A stretch of 64,000 nucleotides of DNA from a virus (taxonomy: Duplodnaviria > Heunggongvirae > Uroviricota > Caudoviricetes). The stretch covers positions 64,001 through 128,000 of IMG/VR virus record IMGVR_UViG_3300031992_004563, one strand, 5' to 3'. Below, in pieces: positions 29,685 to 43,509 of the stretch. The notes under the pieces were generated by a model. The model saw only the letters and a list, made by a program, of their open reading frames with translations, ran no database searches and had not been told where the DNA came from. Within the stretch, counting starts at the first letter, position 1; every line of letters begins with the position of its first letter. Position numbers and translations under genes: made by a program.

Positions 29685-32596
29685 TACAAACAGATTTAGA
29701 TAAAATTAATTTAACTCAATCAATTCTAAAAGATAAAAGAAACAGATTCGGATATCAACCAAATTCATTATGGGTTGATGAAGATGATAATTATATTGAA
29801 GAAACTCATATTTGGATTTGGGGAGAAAGAAAAATTAGTAAATCATATGAAGAGGATGAATACCCATCATTTTTCATTGTTGAAGAGAAATTAGGAAATG
29901 GACATAATGCATATTATTTTAGGATTGCACCAGGAGATGCAAAAGTTAGATTAAAAACGGTAGGAGATTTACAACGACTTATGGATATTTTTAGAATTAA
30001 TAGAGATATTGTTTATGAATAAAATAGAGGTTAATTAAACTTCTATTTTTTAGTTTAAATAAAAAGTATTAATTTTGCATCGTTAATTTATTAAGGCAAT
30101 AAACAAAATTAAAAATCAAAACATTATGTTATCATCGTATTCAAATTCAAAATTCAAAATTTGTGATGTTGGCAGTTATTATCTTATCGAAACTAACTGT
30201 TACTCAAGTGAAAAAGTTGCTACTGTAAGTTATGGCGGCACTGTTCAATTTGATGGCAAATCAAATCACGACAAATCTTTACAAAAAGAGATACTTGAAT
30301 TTGTTGATGAATGGAATAGTAATTCATGTTTGCCGGTTGATAAATTCAAAGTAAGTCATCCAAGTGAAGATGAAGACAACAGCAATAAATCATCAAAAAC
30401 TCTATGGTACGAAGATGGTGAAGAAGAAGGCTATCGTCCATTAGGATATCCACAGCATGGCCCAGTATGGATTTAATAAGAATATTTATACAAAACAAAA
30501 ATTTAAAAAGTTATGAATTATCATGTTACTAAATTATGTGGAATTTATTGGGTTTATAATTGGAATAATCAATCTGTTGCAAGATTAGATTGGCTTGATA
30601 AAAATACATATAAATTACAAATTACTGATTATGATTATGTTCCTGATGATAAACTTAAGGATTTATTTAAAGTCGTTAAAGATTGGGGAGATAAAAATGG
30701 ATATATTATAAAATATTGTTCACACTCAAAATGGATAGAGCCAAAATATGAACAGAAAAAAGTATGGGTAGAACCAGAATATCCAGGATATGAATTTGGA
30801 CATTATGAAAATATTACAATTAAAAAGTCTGATGGTCATTGGAATAATCATTATGAAAATTTATAAAATTATAAAAGAAGAAAACATATTGAATCTAGTT
30901 CATTAATAAACTGAATAACTAAATAAAAATAATTATATGAAACTTTTTAAAGACACAGAAAAATCAACATTTGCTTATTGGTTTGCACATTGGAAAGCAT
31001 TTAATCTTACTGCAATGCTTTTAGGTGTATGGCAGTTTAGATTTCTATTTCATGATATCGAAAAACCATTTTTGATGTGGTTTTGGAAAGATTATCCAAG
31101 AGTAAAGAAATTCCATCGTGCTCATGCTCGTCATCACTTTGCTTATGAAGGCGATAAAGGTTATGACTATCTTGGCATGGTAATTGATTGGGAATGTTCT
31201 CGTTTTTCAAAAGCAGATGCTCAAATGAATGCAATTGAAACATATGATTATGAATTGCATAAATACATGGATGCAGGTAATATGAGAATTGTTAAAGAAT
31301 TACAACTTAATATATTTCCTATTATAGTAAACTTAAATCTGGTTAAAACAGATAAAGATATCAAAGATTTATATGCAAATATAAAACCAATTGAAACAAA
31401 TTGACAAATCTAAATAAAATAATATGAATTAAAATTTAAAACTTTAAAACTATGGGTGCATTTATTCTTGGCGTAGTGATTACATACGCAATTATTAGGA
31501 TTGTAAATCGTTAACATTTAAAACTTAAATGGCAGGGATATTAATTCCCTGCCAATGACATTATTATGGACAATAAAGAACAAACAACAAATTGTCTTGC
31601 ATATATTCAGAAAAAATATCCATGCATAACATCATTATCAATAAGAGATATTGTTAGCATTGCTTTACAATATGGTGAAGATGATGCACGTAAACATGCA
31701 GCTGAATATTATGAGGCTAAGCTTAAACGTGAAGAAGAACAACGAAAGTTAGAAGCTACACGTGAAGATTATAGAGAAGAGGTCGATGATGAAGGAAAGA
31801 TATGGTATCATGAAACACATGGTTCTCACCAACGTGATTCATCTAGAAAATTAAAGCCTGGAGATATTATTCAATATAAAGGATATTTGCCAGGATATGA
31901 AGGTGAAATGCATGGCATAATGCTTATTAATAGTTTTGATTTTAAATCAGATTTTGCATGTAGATCATATTTTAATTTTGAAGTATGTGAACGATATAAA
32001 AAAGCTGATAAATGGGAAGATCGCTTTAAAGAAAAAGAAGAACCATATATAAGTTGGAGTGCTGGCAGCGCACCAAGTATAAATGTATTTTCATTAGCAA
32101 CAGAACAAGAAATAGAAAATTTCTTTAAAACTATTAAAGAAGATTGGCCAGAACAATATGAATTTTATTTTCTTACAGATTTTAAATATAAACCAAAATA
32201 TCTTGAAGAAAGATATGCAAAATATATTAATTGAAAATAATTATGGAAAAGAAAGATTTGTCAAATATTGATTGGGATAAGTTAATTGAAGGCGTTAGTA
32301 AATTATATGACCCAGAATACAATACTACAGAATGTAGAGGTTATGATTTTGTATGTACATGTCATGCATGTCCTGAACAATATGATGTTTATAAAGGCGA
32401 TTATAAAAATGGAAACCAAGTTGCATATGTTCGAAAACGTTGGGGGCATCTTGCAGTGCATCCAGTAAAATATGGAAAAACTGATTGGGATAAAACTATT
32501 TATGAAGAATCCGATAATGATGCATGGAATGGTATGATTGATGATAAAGAATATACATTTAATAAAATTGTAGATGCCATAGAAGCAATTGCATAA
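29681..32596 (+). CDS. Hypothetical genes (29681-30022, 30126-30476, 30513-30866, 30937-31404 HD-like, 31566-32234, ~32243-32596)
   Basis: Co-directional ORFs; 30937 has FHDIEK..HARHH..DWE. Confidence 0.72.
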
Positions 32597-32691
32597 ATTA
32601 AATGAACATATTAAATATAAAAAGCATTTAAGGCCTAAAAACTTTAAGTGCTTTTTATATTATAATTATTAAGAAAAAATGATGTTATATT

Positions 32692-33390
32692 ATGAAGAAC
32701 GATTTTTAGAGTTTTGCCACTACAAAGTGTGGAATTAGTGGTGCCACATTAGATAAGTTTAATAATTTAAATAATATAATTTTACCTCAAGCATATATTA
32801 ATCCAACTATTCTTGAGGAACGTACATTAAATGTAACTCAAATGGATGTATTCTCTCGCCTTATGGCTGATAGAATTATCTTTTTGGGTACTGAAATTGA
32901 TGACACTGTTGCTAATGTTATTATTGCACAGTTGCTTTATCTTAGTTCTCAAGATCCAGAAGCACCTATTACAATGTATTTAAATACACCTGGAGGCTCG
33001 GTATATAGCGGTTTAGCAATTTATGATACAATGCAATATATTCCTAATCCTATTCAAACTGTATGTACTGGATTGGCTGCATCAATGGGTTCAGTTCTTT
33101 TATGTGCAGGTTCAAAAGGAAAACGTTATGCATTGCCTCATAGTCGTGTAATGATTCATCAACCAAGTGGTGGAACAGGATATGCACAAGCATCTGATAT
33201 TGAAATCACTGCAAAAGAAATTAATAAATTGAAAAAAGAATTATATCAAATTATTTCAGATCATACTGGAACACCTGTTAAACAAATTGAAAAAGACGCA
33301 GATAGAGATCATTGGTTGACAGCTGAAGAAGCACTTCAATATGGTTTAATTGATGAAGTTTTTTCATTTGATAAAAAGAATAAGGCTTAA
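32692..33390 (+). CDS. clpP: ClpP protease (TAG at codon 6)
   Basis: Bacteroidetes-type N-terminus YINPTILEERTLNVTQMDVFSRLM; AASMG, MIHQP, DRD. Confidence 0.95.
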
Positions 33391-33392
33391 TT

Positions 33393-34556
33393 ATGACAAA
33401 AGAAGAATTGCAAAATAAATTTAACGAAGCATCATTAACAGCATCATCATTTTTGGATAATAGATCACAAGAAAAATGGTTTAAAGCTGTTTATACTTTG
33501 ATGTTTGGAGAATTTCCACATTCAATTGCTATTATGACAGATGGGAAATATTTAAATCCAAAAACTAAAAATTATGAGTTTGGTGGATATAATACACCAT
33601 ATGATGAATTTGAAGCAAATGATTTAGATGATGATGAAGTTGAAGATGAAGATTTAACAACATTCGAAAATGTTGCAATTCAATCATCATTCATTAAATT
33701 ATATGAAAAATTTAAAGATACTTGTCATATCATAAGAGATGATAAATTACCAATAATTATTGGTGATAAATTTATAATTTTCTATGATTGGTTTGATGAA
33801 GATATGTATGTTTTACAAGACACTGAATTCTTAAAAGATGATATTAAATCATGCATAGTAGATGATAAAACTGATAAGAACATTAGAAAAGTATCATATA
33901 TTACACATGATAGTATGGGATTCAATAAAACAAAAATTCAAGTATCAAATCAAGAAACAAATCTTCAAGAATTATATAATGACGATCTTCCAGATAAAGA
34001 AATATTTGAGTTTTTAAATAGTAATCAATCCGGATTATTATTACTTCATGGTGAATGTGGAACTGGAAAAACTTCATATATTAGAAATATGATGTATCGT
34101 TTAAAGAAACATGAATTTATGGTTCTTGATAATAGTGTATTTGCATATATTACAGATGCATCATTTATTAAATTGTTAATGAGTAATAAAAATTCAGTTA
34201 TTATTCTTGAAGATTGTGAAGAGATGCTTGCTGATAGAGTTGCAGGAAATAGTAGAATATCGGCATTATTAAATCTTAGTGATGGAATTCTTGGTGATAG
34301 TTTTAGATTTAAGTTTATTTGCACATTTAATACAAATGTTAAACAACTTGACCAAGCATTGTTGCGTAAAGGACGAATGAAAATGAAATATGAGTTTAAG
34401 AAATTATGTGCTGAAAAAACATATAATCTTGGTCAAAAACTTGGTAAAAATATTCCACAGGGTGAATCTCATACACTTGCAGATATTTTTAATTATGGTG
34501 TTGAAAATGGAAATAAAAATATGAAAACCACTATTGGTTTTGGATCACAAAAATAA
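33393..34556 (+). CDS. AAA+ ATPase
   Basis: GECGTGKT, IILED, LDQALLRKGR. Confidence 0.9.
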   Translation: MTKEELQNKFNEASLTASSFLDNRSQEKWFKAVYTLMFGEFPHSIAIMTDGKYLNPKTKNYEFGGYNTPYDEFEANDLDDDEVEDEDLTTFENVAIQSSFIKLYEKFKDTCHIIRDDKLPIIIGDKFIIFYDWFDEDMYVLQDTEFLKDDIKSCIVDDKTDKNIRKVSYITHDSMGFNKTKIQVSNQETNLQELYNDDLPDKEIFEFLNSNQSGLLLLHGECGTGKTSYIRNMMYRLKKHEFMVLDNSVFAYITDASFIKLLMSNKNSVIILEDCEEMLADRVAGNSRISALLNLSDGILGDSFRFKFICTFNTNVKQLDQALLRKGRMKMKYEFKKLCAEKTYNLGQKLGKNIPQGESHTLADIFNYGVENGNKNMKTTIGFGSQK

Positions 34557-34571
34557 AAATTATTATTTAAC

Positions 34572-34832
34572 ATGGAAGAACAATATTATGTAATTTATTT
34601 TGAAGGCTATTAGAATATGCCATATTGCAGAGTTAATTACGATGTTAAAGATAATAAATTAGTTTTAAATGGATATTCATTAATGGCCGATTGGAAAGAT
34701 GCAACTTTAACTAAAAGCAAAGAAGATGCAATTAAAACAATTATGGAAAATAATGATACAAATATTCAAAAAGATAAATTAAAAGTTTTAAGTATTAATA
34801 TTAAAAAGTACATAGTTTATGAAGGAAATTGA
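34572..34832 (+). CDS. Hypothetical protein (1 in-frame TAG)
   Basis: Upstream ATG in frame with the 34617 ORF through a TAG. Confidence 0.65.
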
Positions 34833-35402
34833 AGAAAATTCTAATATACATGGATATATAAAAGGCGATTTTATAATATTGCATAGCGAGAAACAAATAC
34901 ATTATGATCCAGCAACAAATCATAGTACTTATGGACCGCATGAATTTGCAATAAATCCAGAATGTATTAAATGCATGCAATCTTATTCAGAATCAGAACA
35001 TACAATTAAAACTAAAATTTATTTCATACCAGATGATAGCGAAAGCGTATATGAAAGTTTACATGAAATATTAGAATTAATAAATGAATTTAAAGAATTA
35101 AAAAACAAATTTAAAAAATGAAACAAATTGAAGATAAAAAATATGATGTTCATGGATATATAAAAGGCGATTTTATAGTATTACACCATATGGATTTTGA
35201 TCATAAAGATGAGAATGGCAATTCTGTTGAAGTTCCAAAATTATGTGTATTTAATCCTAAATATATTGAAAATATTCGGGATGAACATTATTATAGAGGA
35301 ACAGTTATAGAATGTAATCATGAGGGATATAATGATATTTGTGAATCTGTTGAAGAAATTCTAGATTTGTTAGAAGAATTTAAAAATAAAGATAAAAATT
35401 AA
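34819..35402 (+). CDS. Tandem paralog pair (34819-35121, 35118-35402)
   Basis: Both carry HGYIKGDFIxLH..NP..ES..EILxL. Confidence 0.8.
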
Positions 35403-35414
35403 ATTAGTATAATT

Positions 35415-36112
35415 ATGAATATAAAATTTATCAAATTGACAAGTTTTACTAAAGAAATTAAAAGCCTTTTAGTAAATATGAATGATATTACTTTTGTAGC
35501 AGATTATGGGGACTACAGAAAAGTAAGTGTAAAAATGAATGATAGAATTCAAGATTTTAAAGTTACTGATTCAATTGATACAATTTATTCAACAATTGAA
35601 GCTTATAAAAATACAGAATTTAAGCCTTTATACGATTAATGGACGAAAATAATCAAAATAATCAAACTAATCAACCACAAACAGTTGATGAAATGTTAAC
35701 TGAACAACGTGCTAAATGGACAAAGGAGATTGAGGAACTTAATAATTCAATGTCCTCTTTAGTTAAAGTTGATGAGTTAATGAATACTGTTTATTCAAAA
35801 CGCCAATCAGCCGTTGATTATTATTATGCTATGAATAATGTTATTCTTAAGCAATCAAAGGAATATAAAGCATCTTTTAATAATATGTTCAATAATATTA
35901 AAATCAATGGTTTTAATGGAATGCGTTTTACAAGTGATCAAGGAATTCAACGTCAAGTTGAAGTTGAATTACAAGATAAAAAGGAACTTATTGATTTATT
36001 AGTAAGCCAAAATGCATTTATTAAGGAAACAATTGCCACAATTGATAATATTATATATGCAATTAAGGATAAGATTAAGATTAAAGAAATGTTAAATGGA
36101 ATGAAATTTTAA
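35415..36112 (+). CDS. Hypothetical genes (35415-35639; 35639-36112 coiled-coil, possibly UvsY-like)
   Basis: ORFs; the UvsY resemblance is weak. Confidence 0.65.
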
Positions 36113-36123
36113 ATAACAATTAT

Positions 36124-36861
36124 ATGATAATTAAAGCCCCAAATAGTTTTGAAGGAAATACTGACAAATGGAAAGTATTTTTAGCCGGTCCAATTCAAGG
36201 CGCACCTAAATGGCAAAATGAATTACCAGAGTTAGATAATGTTATATGGATTTCTCCTCGTAGAGATGATGCAGTATTAAATGATGAAACCCATAGACAA
36301 CAAATGGAATGGGAGACTAGGGCATTACGTACTGCTAATATTATTTTATTTTGGATTCCTGAAGAAGTTGAACATGTTGAAGGCCGTGGATATGCACAAA
36401 CTACTAGATTTGAATTAGGTGAAAATCTTGGTAGAGGAAAACGAATCATTATTGGCGCGTATGAAGGATTTCCTGGAAGAGAATATCTTGAATATAAAGC
36501 TAATAAGTATGATAATGTAATTTTTCATGGCACTGTTTATAAAACACTAGATGAATGTGTTAATGCCCTTAAAAATTATATTAGTAGCTGTGAAGAGTGC
36601 CCGTTAACATATCAAAAGTTTAATTCTGATTTTGATGAAGAATATAATTCAATGGTTGAAAAAATAAAACCGGGTAGTGATAGAAGAACATATGATCCAT
36701 TTTATTTTATCGAAAGCGAAGATTGGAAAAAAATTGAAAAATGGAATACGCAGGTAAATCCTTGTGATACTGTATACCATTTTGGAAAATTTGGTTATGA
36801 ATGGCCATTAAATTATTTAACAGGAAAAATAAAAAGATATTATTCAAGAGAACTAAAATGA
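36124..36861 (+). CDS. Nucleoside 2-deoxyribosyltransferase-like protein
   Basis: VFLAGPIQ..WQ..SPRR..QMEWE..TTRFELG. Confidence 0.8.
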   Translation: MIIKAPNSFEGNTDKWKVFLAGPIQGAPKWQNELPELDNVIWISPRRDDAVLNDETHRQQMEWETRALRTANIILFWIPEEVEHVEGRGYAQTTRFELGENLGRGKRIIIGAYEGFPGREYLEYKANKYDNVIFHGTVYKTLDECVNALKNYISSCEECPLTYQKFNSDFDEEYNSMVEKIKPGSDRRTYDPFYFIESEDWKKIEKWNTQVNPCDTVYHFGKFGYEWPLNYLTGKIKRYYSRELK

Positions 36862-37217
36862 TTATTTATAAGATTTTTTATAAAGAATATCAAGTATTTG
36901 ATATTTCACTTACACTTAGTTATTGTGATGCTGGTGATTTATATTGTTCTGAAATTCATAGTTATATTGTTCCAGAAGGATTTGCACATTATGTATTTGA
37001 TAAAGTGAAAACTAAAGAAGAATTAAATAAAGTAATTTTTAGATTTGGTGAAATTGATGATTTAAGATTAGTTTTATGGGAATCATTAGATTGGAATAAT
37101 AAACCAATGCATCTTAAAGAAGCTGAAGAAAGAGAAACAAAAATATTTAGACCATTTTTTGAAACAGAAATGAAAAGATTTTGTGAAGAATTTGGTTTGG
37201 GAATGGTTACAGATTAA
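36858..37217 (+). CDS. Hypothetical protein
   Basis: ATGA-type overlap with the previous gene. Confidence 0.65.
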   Translation: MIIYKIFYKEYQVFDISLTLSYCDAGDLYCSEIHSYIVPEGFAHYVFDKVKTKEELNKVIFRFGEIDDLRLVLWESLDWNNKPMHLKEAEERETKIFRPFFETEMKRFCEEFGLGMVTD

Positions 37218-37248
37218 TAATGGTTGAGAAAATTCTCAACCATTTTTT
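37217..37248. terminator. Terminator between convergent genes
   Basis: AATGGTTGAGAA/TTCTCAACCATT hairpin with a T-run. Confidence 0.75.
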
Positions 37249-38437
37249 AATTATATACCGGGCGAATTGATATTCCTTCTTTTCTTTTTTGATGATGTCC
37301 AAAATGTGGTTTATATACATCATGTTTATCAAACCAAAGACTATGTGCCTCATTAATTGATTCTTCACTTATAGTTGATGTCCAATAAACACCGTGTTCA
37401 CCAGATTTTTTAAGCTCAGTTGTATACCAACCTGCTGCAGGCAAAAATATATAATTTTCATTAACAAGACTTTTTAATAACATTCCATTTAATCCTTCAT
37501 ATCCTAAATAATTAGTCTTCCATTCATGACTAGTATTATCTATTAATTCTTCTACCTATTCTTTTGTTGGAATATGAAATTTAAATTCTCCAATATGCAA
37601 TTTCTAATATGCAGCATCATCTTCTGGCAATAACTATGTTAAATTATCTTGATATGTGTATTTTATCATATTATACATATTATTATAATAAACTGATGGT
37701 TTTGCATATTTATATGTTTTATCAGTGTACTCATCTTTTAATCCATCTAATTCACCCCACGCATATTTGTCACCAAGCCAATCTGCTTTACAATCACAGT
37801 ATTTATGTTTATATCTATCATAATCAAATCTTTTATCACACCCTAAATTAAATTTACACCACCATGTTTTAGATGGAAGACCTAAATCAACAAAATATTT
37901 TTCTAACTAAAGTCTATTTCCTATAGCATCATTACTATCAATAATATCTTTTAATGATGTAGTATCAATTTTCTCATTATCTTCTAAATCATCTAATGCC
38001 AATGCAAGATTATGCATTTTTTCTATTAATGGCTTTTGATAATATTCAATATCATGCTTCTATATATAATATTCTATATCAGAATCATCATCTATTTGAA
38101 TTGGATTAAAATCGCATTTAATGTGTTCAATATAAATATTTTCATCTACAAATATATTGAATAAATCGTCTTCTCTAATAGAACCTTTATAGAATAAAAC
38201 AAAATCAATATCTGAATTTTTTCTTGGATTGCCAAAAACCCTGGAGCCATGCGCATATATACAAAGATAATCTATTTCATTTTCCCCAGTGTAATTGGTA
38301 TTAATTATCTAATTATCTTCTAAAACTTCATAGACATTATATTGTGCAACTTCCTCAAGTTCTGCACAAGAATGATAATCTAAGAATCCTTGAACTTCCT
38401 AATTTTTATGTATTTTATGATAACACTCTATAAACAT
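37247..38437 (-). CDS. Nucleotidyltransferase domain fused to LALDD linker and VDLGLPS domain (code 15)
   Basis: HGSRVFGNPRKNSDIDF; LALALDDLED; FVDLGLPSKTWW..IFLPAAG..YWTS..SIRPV; single frame through several TAG. Confidence 0.8.
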
Positions 38438-38439
38438 AA

Positions 38440-39225
38440 TTATTTTAATCCATTTACAGTTTGATTTATAATCATTTTCTTTAACCAACTTGGAATATTT
38501 TTTAATTCCATTTTAGATCTTGAAAACATTGCAGTAACTTTACAATTTTGGTGTATATGCCAATGCCAATTATTTATATTCTAATTAAATTTAGATGCCA
38601 TGAACATTAATTGCATATTATCTACATTAGAAACATTCCAATTTTTAATAGAATCATTATTAAATTTAGAATTGCTAAACATAGAATTCATATTTTTTAC
38701 ATTTAAAATATTCCATTTACTAAGATCACCATTAAAATTGCTGCCAGCAAATAACCCATCCATGTTAATTACATTACTAACGTTCCATTCAGAAACATCT
38801 ACATTACCAGGGAAATTTGCAAGTAAATATGACATATTTGTAACTTTTGATGTATCTATCCAATTTAAATCTATGTTTTTATATTTGTCAACTAAACCAA
38901 AAATAATATTTGGCACCGCTTTTCTAAACTAAAAATCCCCAATATCTCCTGGTAATGCAAGTTTAACTTTTATATGAAGTTTATTAACGGCATCTACAAA
39001 TTTAAAATAATTTTCATATGTTATACATTCAGCTAATGATTTTTCGCATGTTTTAATTATAGCTGGAAGATATTTTTTATATATCATTTTACATCTAATA
39101 ATATCTTCAACATCTATTATATCACTTGATGCTGTATAATTATTATCTTCAATATTTTCAAAATCGTCAAGTGCTAACTAGATACCTCTATTGACGGCTT
39201 CTAATATTTGTTTATAATTCTTCAT
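38440..39225 (-). CDS. LALDD-leader protein with DUF285/BspA-like repeats (code 15)
   Basis: WIDTSKVTNMSYL, WNVSNV repeats; FN(TAG)NI. Confidence 0.85.
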
Positions 39226-39995
39226 AATTTCTTTAAATTTATTACTGGACGAATTGGCATACCACAATATCGAGCCTAAGATGACATGCTACATTCAAAA
39301 TCTAAATGCCAAGCACAATTATGATCCCATCTATAAACAGTTGAAGACCAAATATAAGGGCCATCAAGATGTAAAGTAGAACTCTTTGCTCTCTTTATAC
39401 AAGTATAAGGAATAAATAATTCATTTCCATTTGTTCCTTTAAATATTCTTCCATTTAATCTTCTGAGTCCTTGATAGTTTTTTTCTGGATAACTAATGCA
39501 ATACTATATTAATTCTTCAAACTATTCTTTTGTAGGTATATGAAATTTATAATTTCTAATATGCATATTCTAATAAGCAACATCATCTTCTGGCAATAAC
39601 TACGTTAAATTATCATCATCATTATATTTTATATCTATATCAGCTTTAATAGAATTCGTTTTAATATAACCAAATTTATATGTATCATTTATAAAACAAG
39701 ATTTATTTGGCTCTAATTCACCCCATGCATAATAATCACCAATCCAATTTTCTAGATGATCTGGATTATTTAAATATTTAGGATTTACGCCGAGATTATA
39801 CTTACACCATAAAGTTCCAGAAGGTAAACCCAAATCAACAACATATTTAGATAATTCTATTCTTTGTTTAATAATGTCACTGGTATTAATGACATCACTT
39901 GATATAGAACTATTATCTTCAATATTTTCAAAATCGTCAAGTGCTAACTAGATACCTTTATTGACTGCCTCTAATATTTGTTTGCTTAATTTCAT
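39222..39995 (-). CDS. LALDD-leader protein with VDLGLPSG domain (code 15)
   Basis: VDLGLPSGTLWCKYNLG..YYAWGE..DDVAY..PIRPV. Confidence 0.85.
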
Positions 39996-41656
39996 TTTTT
40001 AATAAATTTTGGTTTATACTATCTTTTCATAAAGTTTCTTCCGCCAAACATTGCTGTATGATTTGCTCCTGGTTTTGTTTTCCATTTACTAATATTTTGG
40101 CAGAATGATTGAGCATCATAAAACATTTTAGTAAAGCCACTAACATTTGAAACATCCCATTTATCTAGAGGCTAATTAAAATCTTTATTCTTTTCAAACA
40201 TAAATGTCATTGATTCTACTTTAGAAACATTCCAATTATTTAATGGCTAATTAAATGGACATCTTGCAAACATTTCTGCCATATGCGTAACATTTTTAAC
40301 ATCCCAATTTGAAATATCTTGATTAAATGCTGAATCTTTAAACATGCATGACATATTTGTTACTTTAGAAGTGTTCCATTTTGAAATATCACAATTGAAT
40401 CTACTTGCATTAGCAAACATATATTCCATTCTTGTAACATTAGATGTATCCCATTCTGAAATATCAGCATTGAAAAAAGAATTTTGAACTAAATAACTCA
40501 TATCAGTTATGTTAGAAACATCTAACCAATTTAAATTTTCTGTGCTAAGTTCAAATAATCTTGTAACATTATGAATAATTCTTTTTAATTCGTCTCTATC
40601 TTTAACTGGATATTTCTTACCAAGTTTTAACATTAAATTTCTAAATTCAATGTATTCATGACGAGTCATTAATCTTATATTTTCATCTAAATGTCCAGAT
40701 GCATAAACTCTATCATCTTCTAAATCAATTAAAGAATTTGTTCTTACAAGAAATAATTCAGCAATAGTTGATTTAAATAATGGATATAATTTATCAAGTT
40801 TAATTCTATCTGCAATTGCATCTGGTGAATCAATAATATCAGTTTTATGATTTGACTATTGCACATTATCATTAAAATCAAAATCATCTATAGATAAATT
40901 TAAATGATTCGATTCAACTAATTGATAATTTGATTTAAATTTTGGTTTATGCTCATTTTTTATTGGGCATCCATCAAATACATGCATACATTGTGTATCA
41001 CTTTCAATATGCGCCAAATCCCAATTAGAAATATCCTAATCAAAACATTTAGCATTAACAAACATATTAGTTATGTCTGTAACATTTGAAACATCCCATT
41101 TAGAAATATCTTGATTAAATTCCCATGCATTTTCAAATGTTCTATTCATATGTTTTACTTTAGATACATTCCATTCTGATATATCACCATTAAAATTTGA
41201 TTCACCAAACATATAATTCATATTTGTAACATTGCCAACATCCCATGCACTAATATCACCATTAAAAACTGTATGATGAAATAACCATGACATATCAGTT
41301 ATATCAGAAACATCAAAGAAATTTAAATTTGCATCTGATATAAAATGCGAAATATTACGAATAGCTGTAATTAAACTAGCTTTTTGAGTGAATTTATATT
41401 TAATATTAAATTTTAAAGATGTATCTTTAAATTCATTGAATTCCTCAACTGACATAAATATTGGAATTCCTGGATCATATATATTCTATGCAATGAAGCA
41501 CTTAAATTTATTTAAAAGTACTTTATATCTAATAATATCATCTGTGTCAATAATATCTAATTTATTAGATGATTTATTATCAATATCTTCAAAATCATCT
41601 AATGCCAACTAAATACCTCTATGTACAGCTTCTAATATTTTATTATAATGTTTCAT
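39992..41656 (-). CDS. LALDD-leader protein with two DUF285 repeat blocks, 554 aa (code 15)
   Basis: The 41036 and 40247 fragments share one frame joined by TAG; FN(TAG)PL matches FNQxI/L repeats. Confidence 0.85.
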
Positions 41657-41659
41657 AAT

Positions 41660-42406
41660 TTATTTACATTTAACTGGTCTAATACTACATCCAATATATT
41701 TTCTTTCATCCATTATATATGGTTGACCATTGTTATATCCAAAAATATCTGCAAAAAAGAAACAATCTGCCAGCCAGCTTTTATCTTTATTTGAATTTGA
41801 TGACCAGTAAAATCCTTGAATAGTATCATACCACCCTTTAAATTGTCCAGTTGCATATCCAGCCGCTGGAAAAAATATTTTATTTCCATTTTTGCCTTTA
41901 AAAATTCTGCCTTTTAATCCAACTATGCCATTATAATCTTTTACCCAATAATTTTCAGTATTATATTTTAGTTCATCTAATTGTTCTGTTGTTGGTGTAC
42001 ACATATGAAATGTTTTATTAAGTGTACGTATAGTTTGGTATGCAGCATCATTATTTAAAGTAAACTAATGTTCTTCATTATCATGATCTTTATAATTATC
42101 ATAATCATAGTTATCCTTAATTTTAGTTTCACCCCATGCATAATAATTTCCATACCAATCTTCTGGTGTATCTAATTTGTTATAATTAACACCTAAATTA
42201 TATTTGTACCATAATGTTCCAGATGGTAATGCTAAATCAACGAAATTTAATTCCATCATAAATGTTTTCGTTAAATCATCATTATCATTTTCAATGACAT
42301 CACTTGATTGAGATATAGAACTATTATTTTCTATGTCTTCAAAATCATCTAGAGCCAATTTAATGCCTCTATTAACAGCTTCTAATATTTGTTTGTTTAA
42401 TTTCAT
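41660..42406 (-). CDS. LALDD-leader protein with VDLALPSG domain (code 15)
   Basis: Two track fragments in one frame joined by one TAG. Confidence 0.85.
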
Positions 42407-43137
42407 TTAAATATTAAATTATTTCCTCTATTTGTTCTATTATTTACAAAAACCACCTAATCTCTACTTGGCATTGTTGGTATTGGTTCTTTTATCTAAT
42501 TTTCTGTTCTATCAATCTTTGTTTCAACCGCGCCTTGGAATTTAAGCATTCCATCATCAGGATTCATATTCATTTTAACACGATTACCATTTTCATCTCT
42601 ATAATAAATGTCAAAATAATTATATTTAAATCCCCATGTAAATGTATTAAATGAACCAGGTTTAGCTGCATATGATAAATCAAAATCACTTAAACTTACA
42701 GGTGTTAATTGATAATATGTATATGTAATATTTTCAAAACCACCTTCATCTAATATTGTTACATTAATAGGTGGAAAATATAATGGTCTTTGCTTACCAT
42801 ATTTTAAATATAAATCCATTTGTTGGCGTGCAATAAAATATGTCATATAACTCTCTGACAATTTAATTGTAAGAGTTAAATCTTTTCCCATATCTTGATC
42901 TAACTATCTACCAGAACGTTTAGTAATTTGATAGTTTTGATTCTATTGTGTCACTGAATTTGATGCAACACTTGGAAATGATAGTGTTGTTATTTGTGAA
43001 TTAAACATATCTTCTACTGTTAAATATGGTAAAAACATACGTTTAAAAACAGGTGTCCAAAGCTTAACAACTTCATCGTAAAAGAAGTTTGCAGGTAGCC
43101 AAATAACAAAATTCTATGATAATGGATTTAATAACAT
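42403..43137 (-). CDS. Tail tube/terminator-like structural protein (T4 gp3-like), code 15
   Basis: PVSLSDFDLSY..TFTWGFKYNYFDI pattern; family assigned from memory. Confidence 0.55.
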
Positions 43138-43232
43138 TTATGTAAATTTATATGTTTTTATATTTATTTTTATGAAAAAACTTTATGAGTTGATGTCCGT
43201 ATAATAAATAACAAAGTTATTTAATTAGATGA

Positions 43233-43505
43233 ATGAACTAGATACACGTGAACATACCTCAAATTCAATGGTTTAATCATGGTGAAAAGACTATTGAAGA
43301 ATTAGATAATTTATCATTATAGAGATTTAACATTAAAAATATCAAATCAGTCGACGACTACAAAGATTTAAAGAATTTTTATGCTTTTAAGGTGCTTGAT
43401 TTAGATGAAAAATCTGAAACAGGCTATTATGGTATGTTCATTAATAAAGAATATGCGGCAGCAGTTAAAGCTGCATTAGATAAATGGAAAAATAGCAAAA
43501 AATAA
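43233..43505 (+). CDS. Hypothetical protein (2 in-frame TAG)
   Basis: 90-aa ORF after a class 2 promoter; missing from the track. Confidence 0.6.
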
Positions 43506-43509
43506 TATT

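Noticed and set aside
37247-42406. Diversity-generating retroelement targets
   Set aside because: No reverse transcriptase and no adenine-only-mismatch TR/VR pair seen in the window
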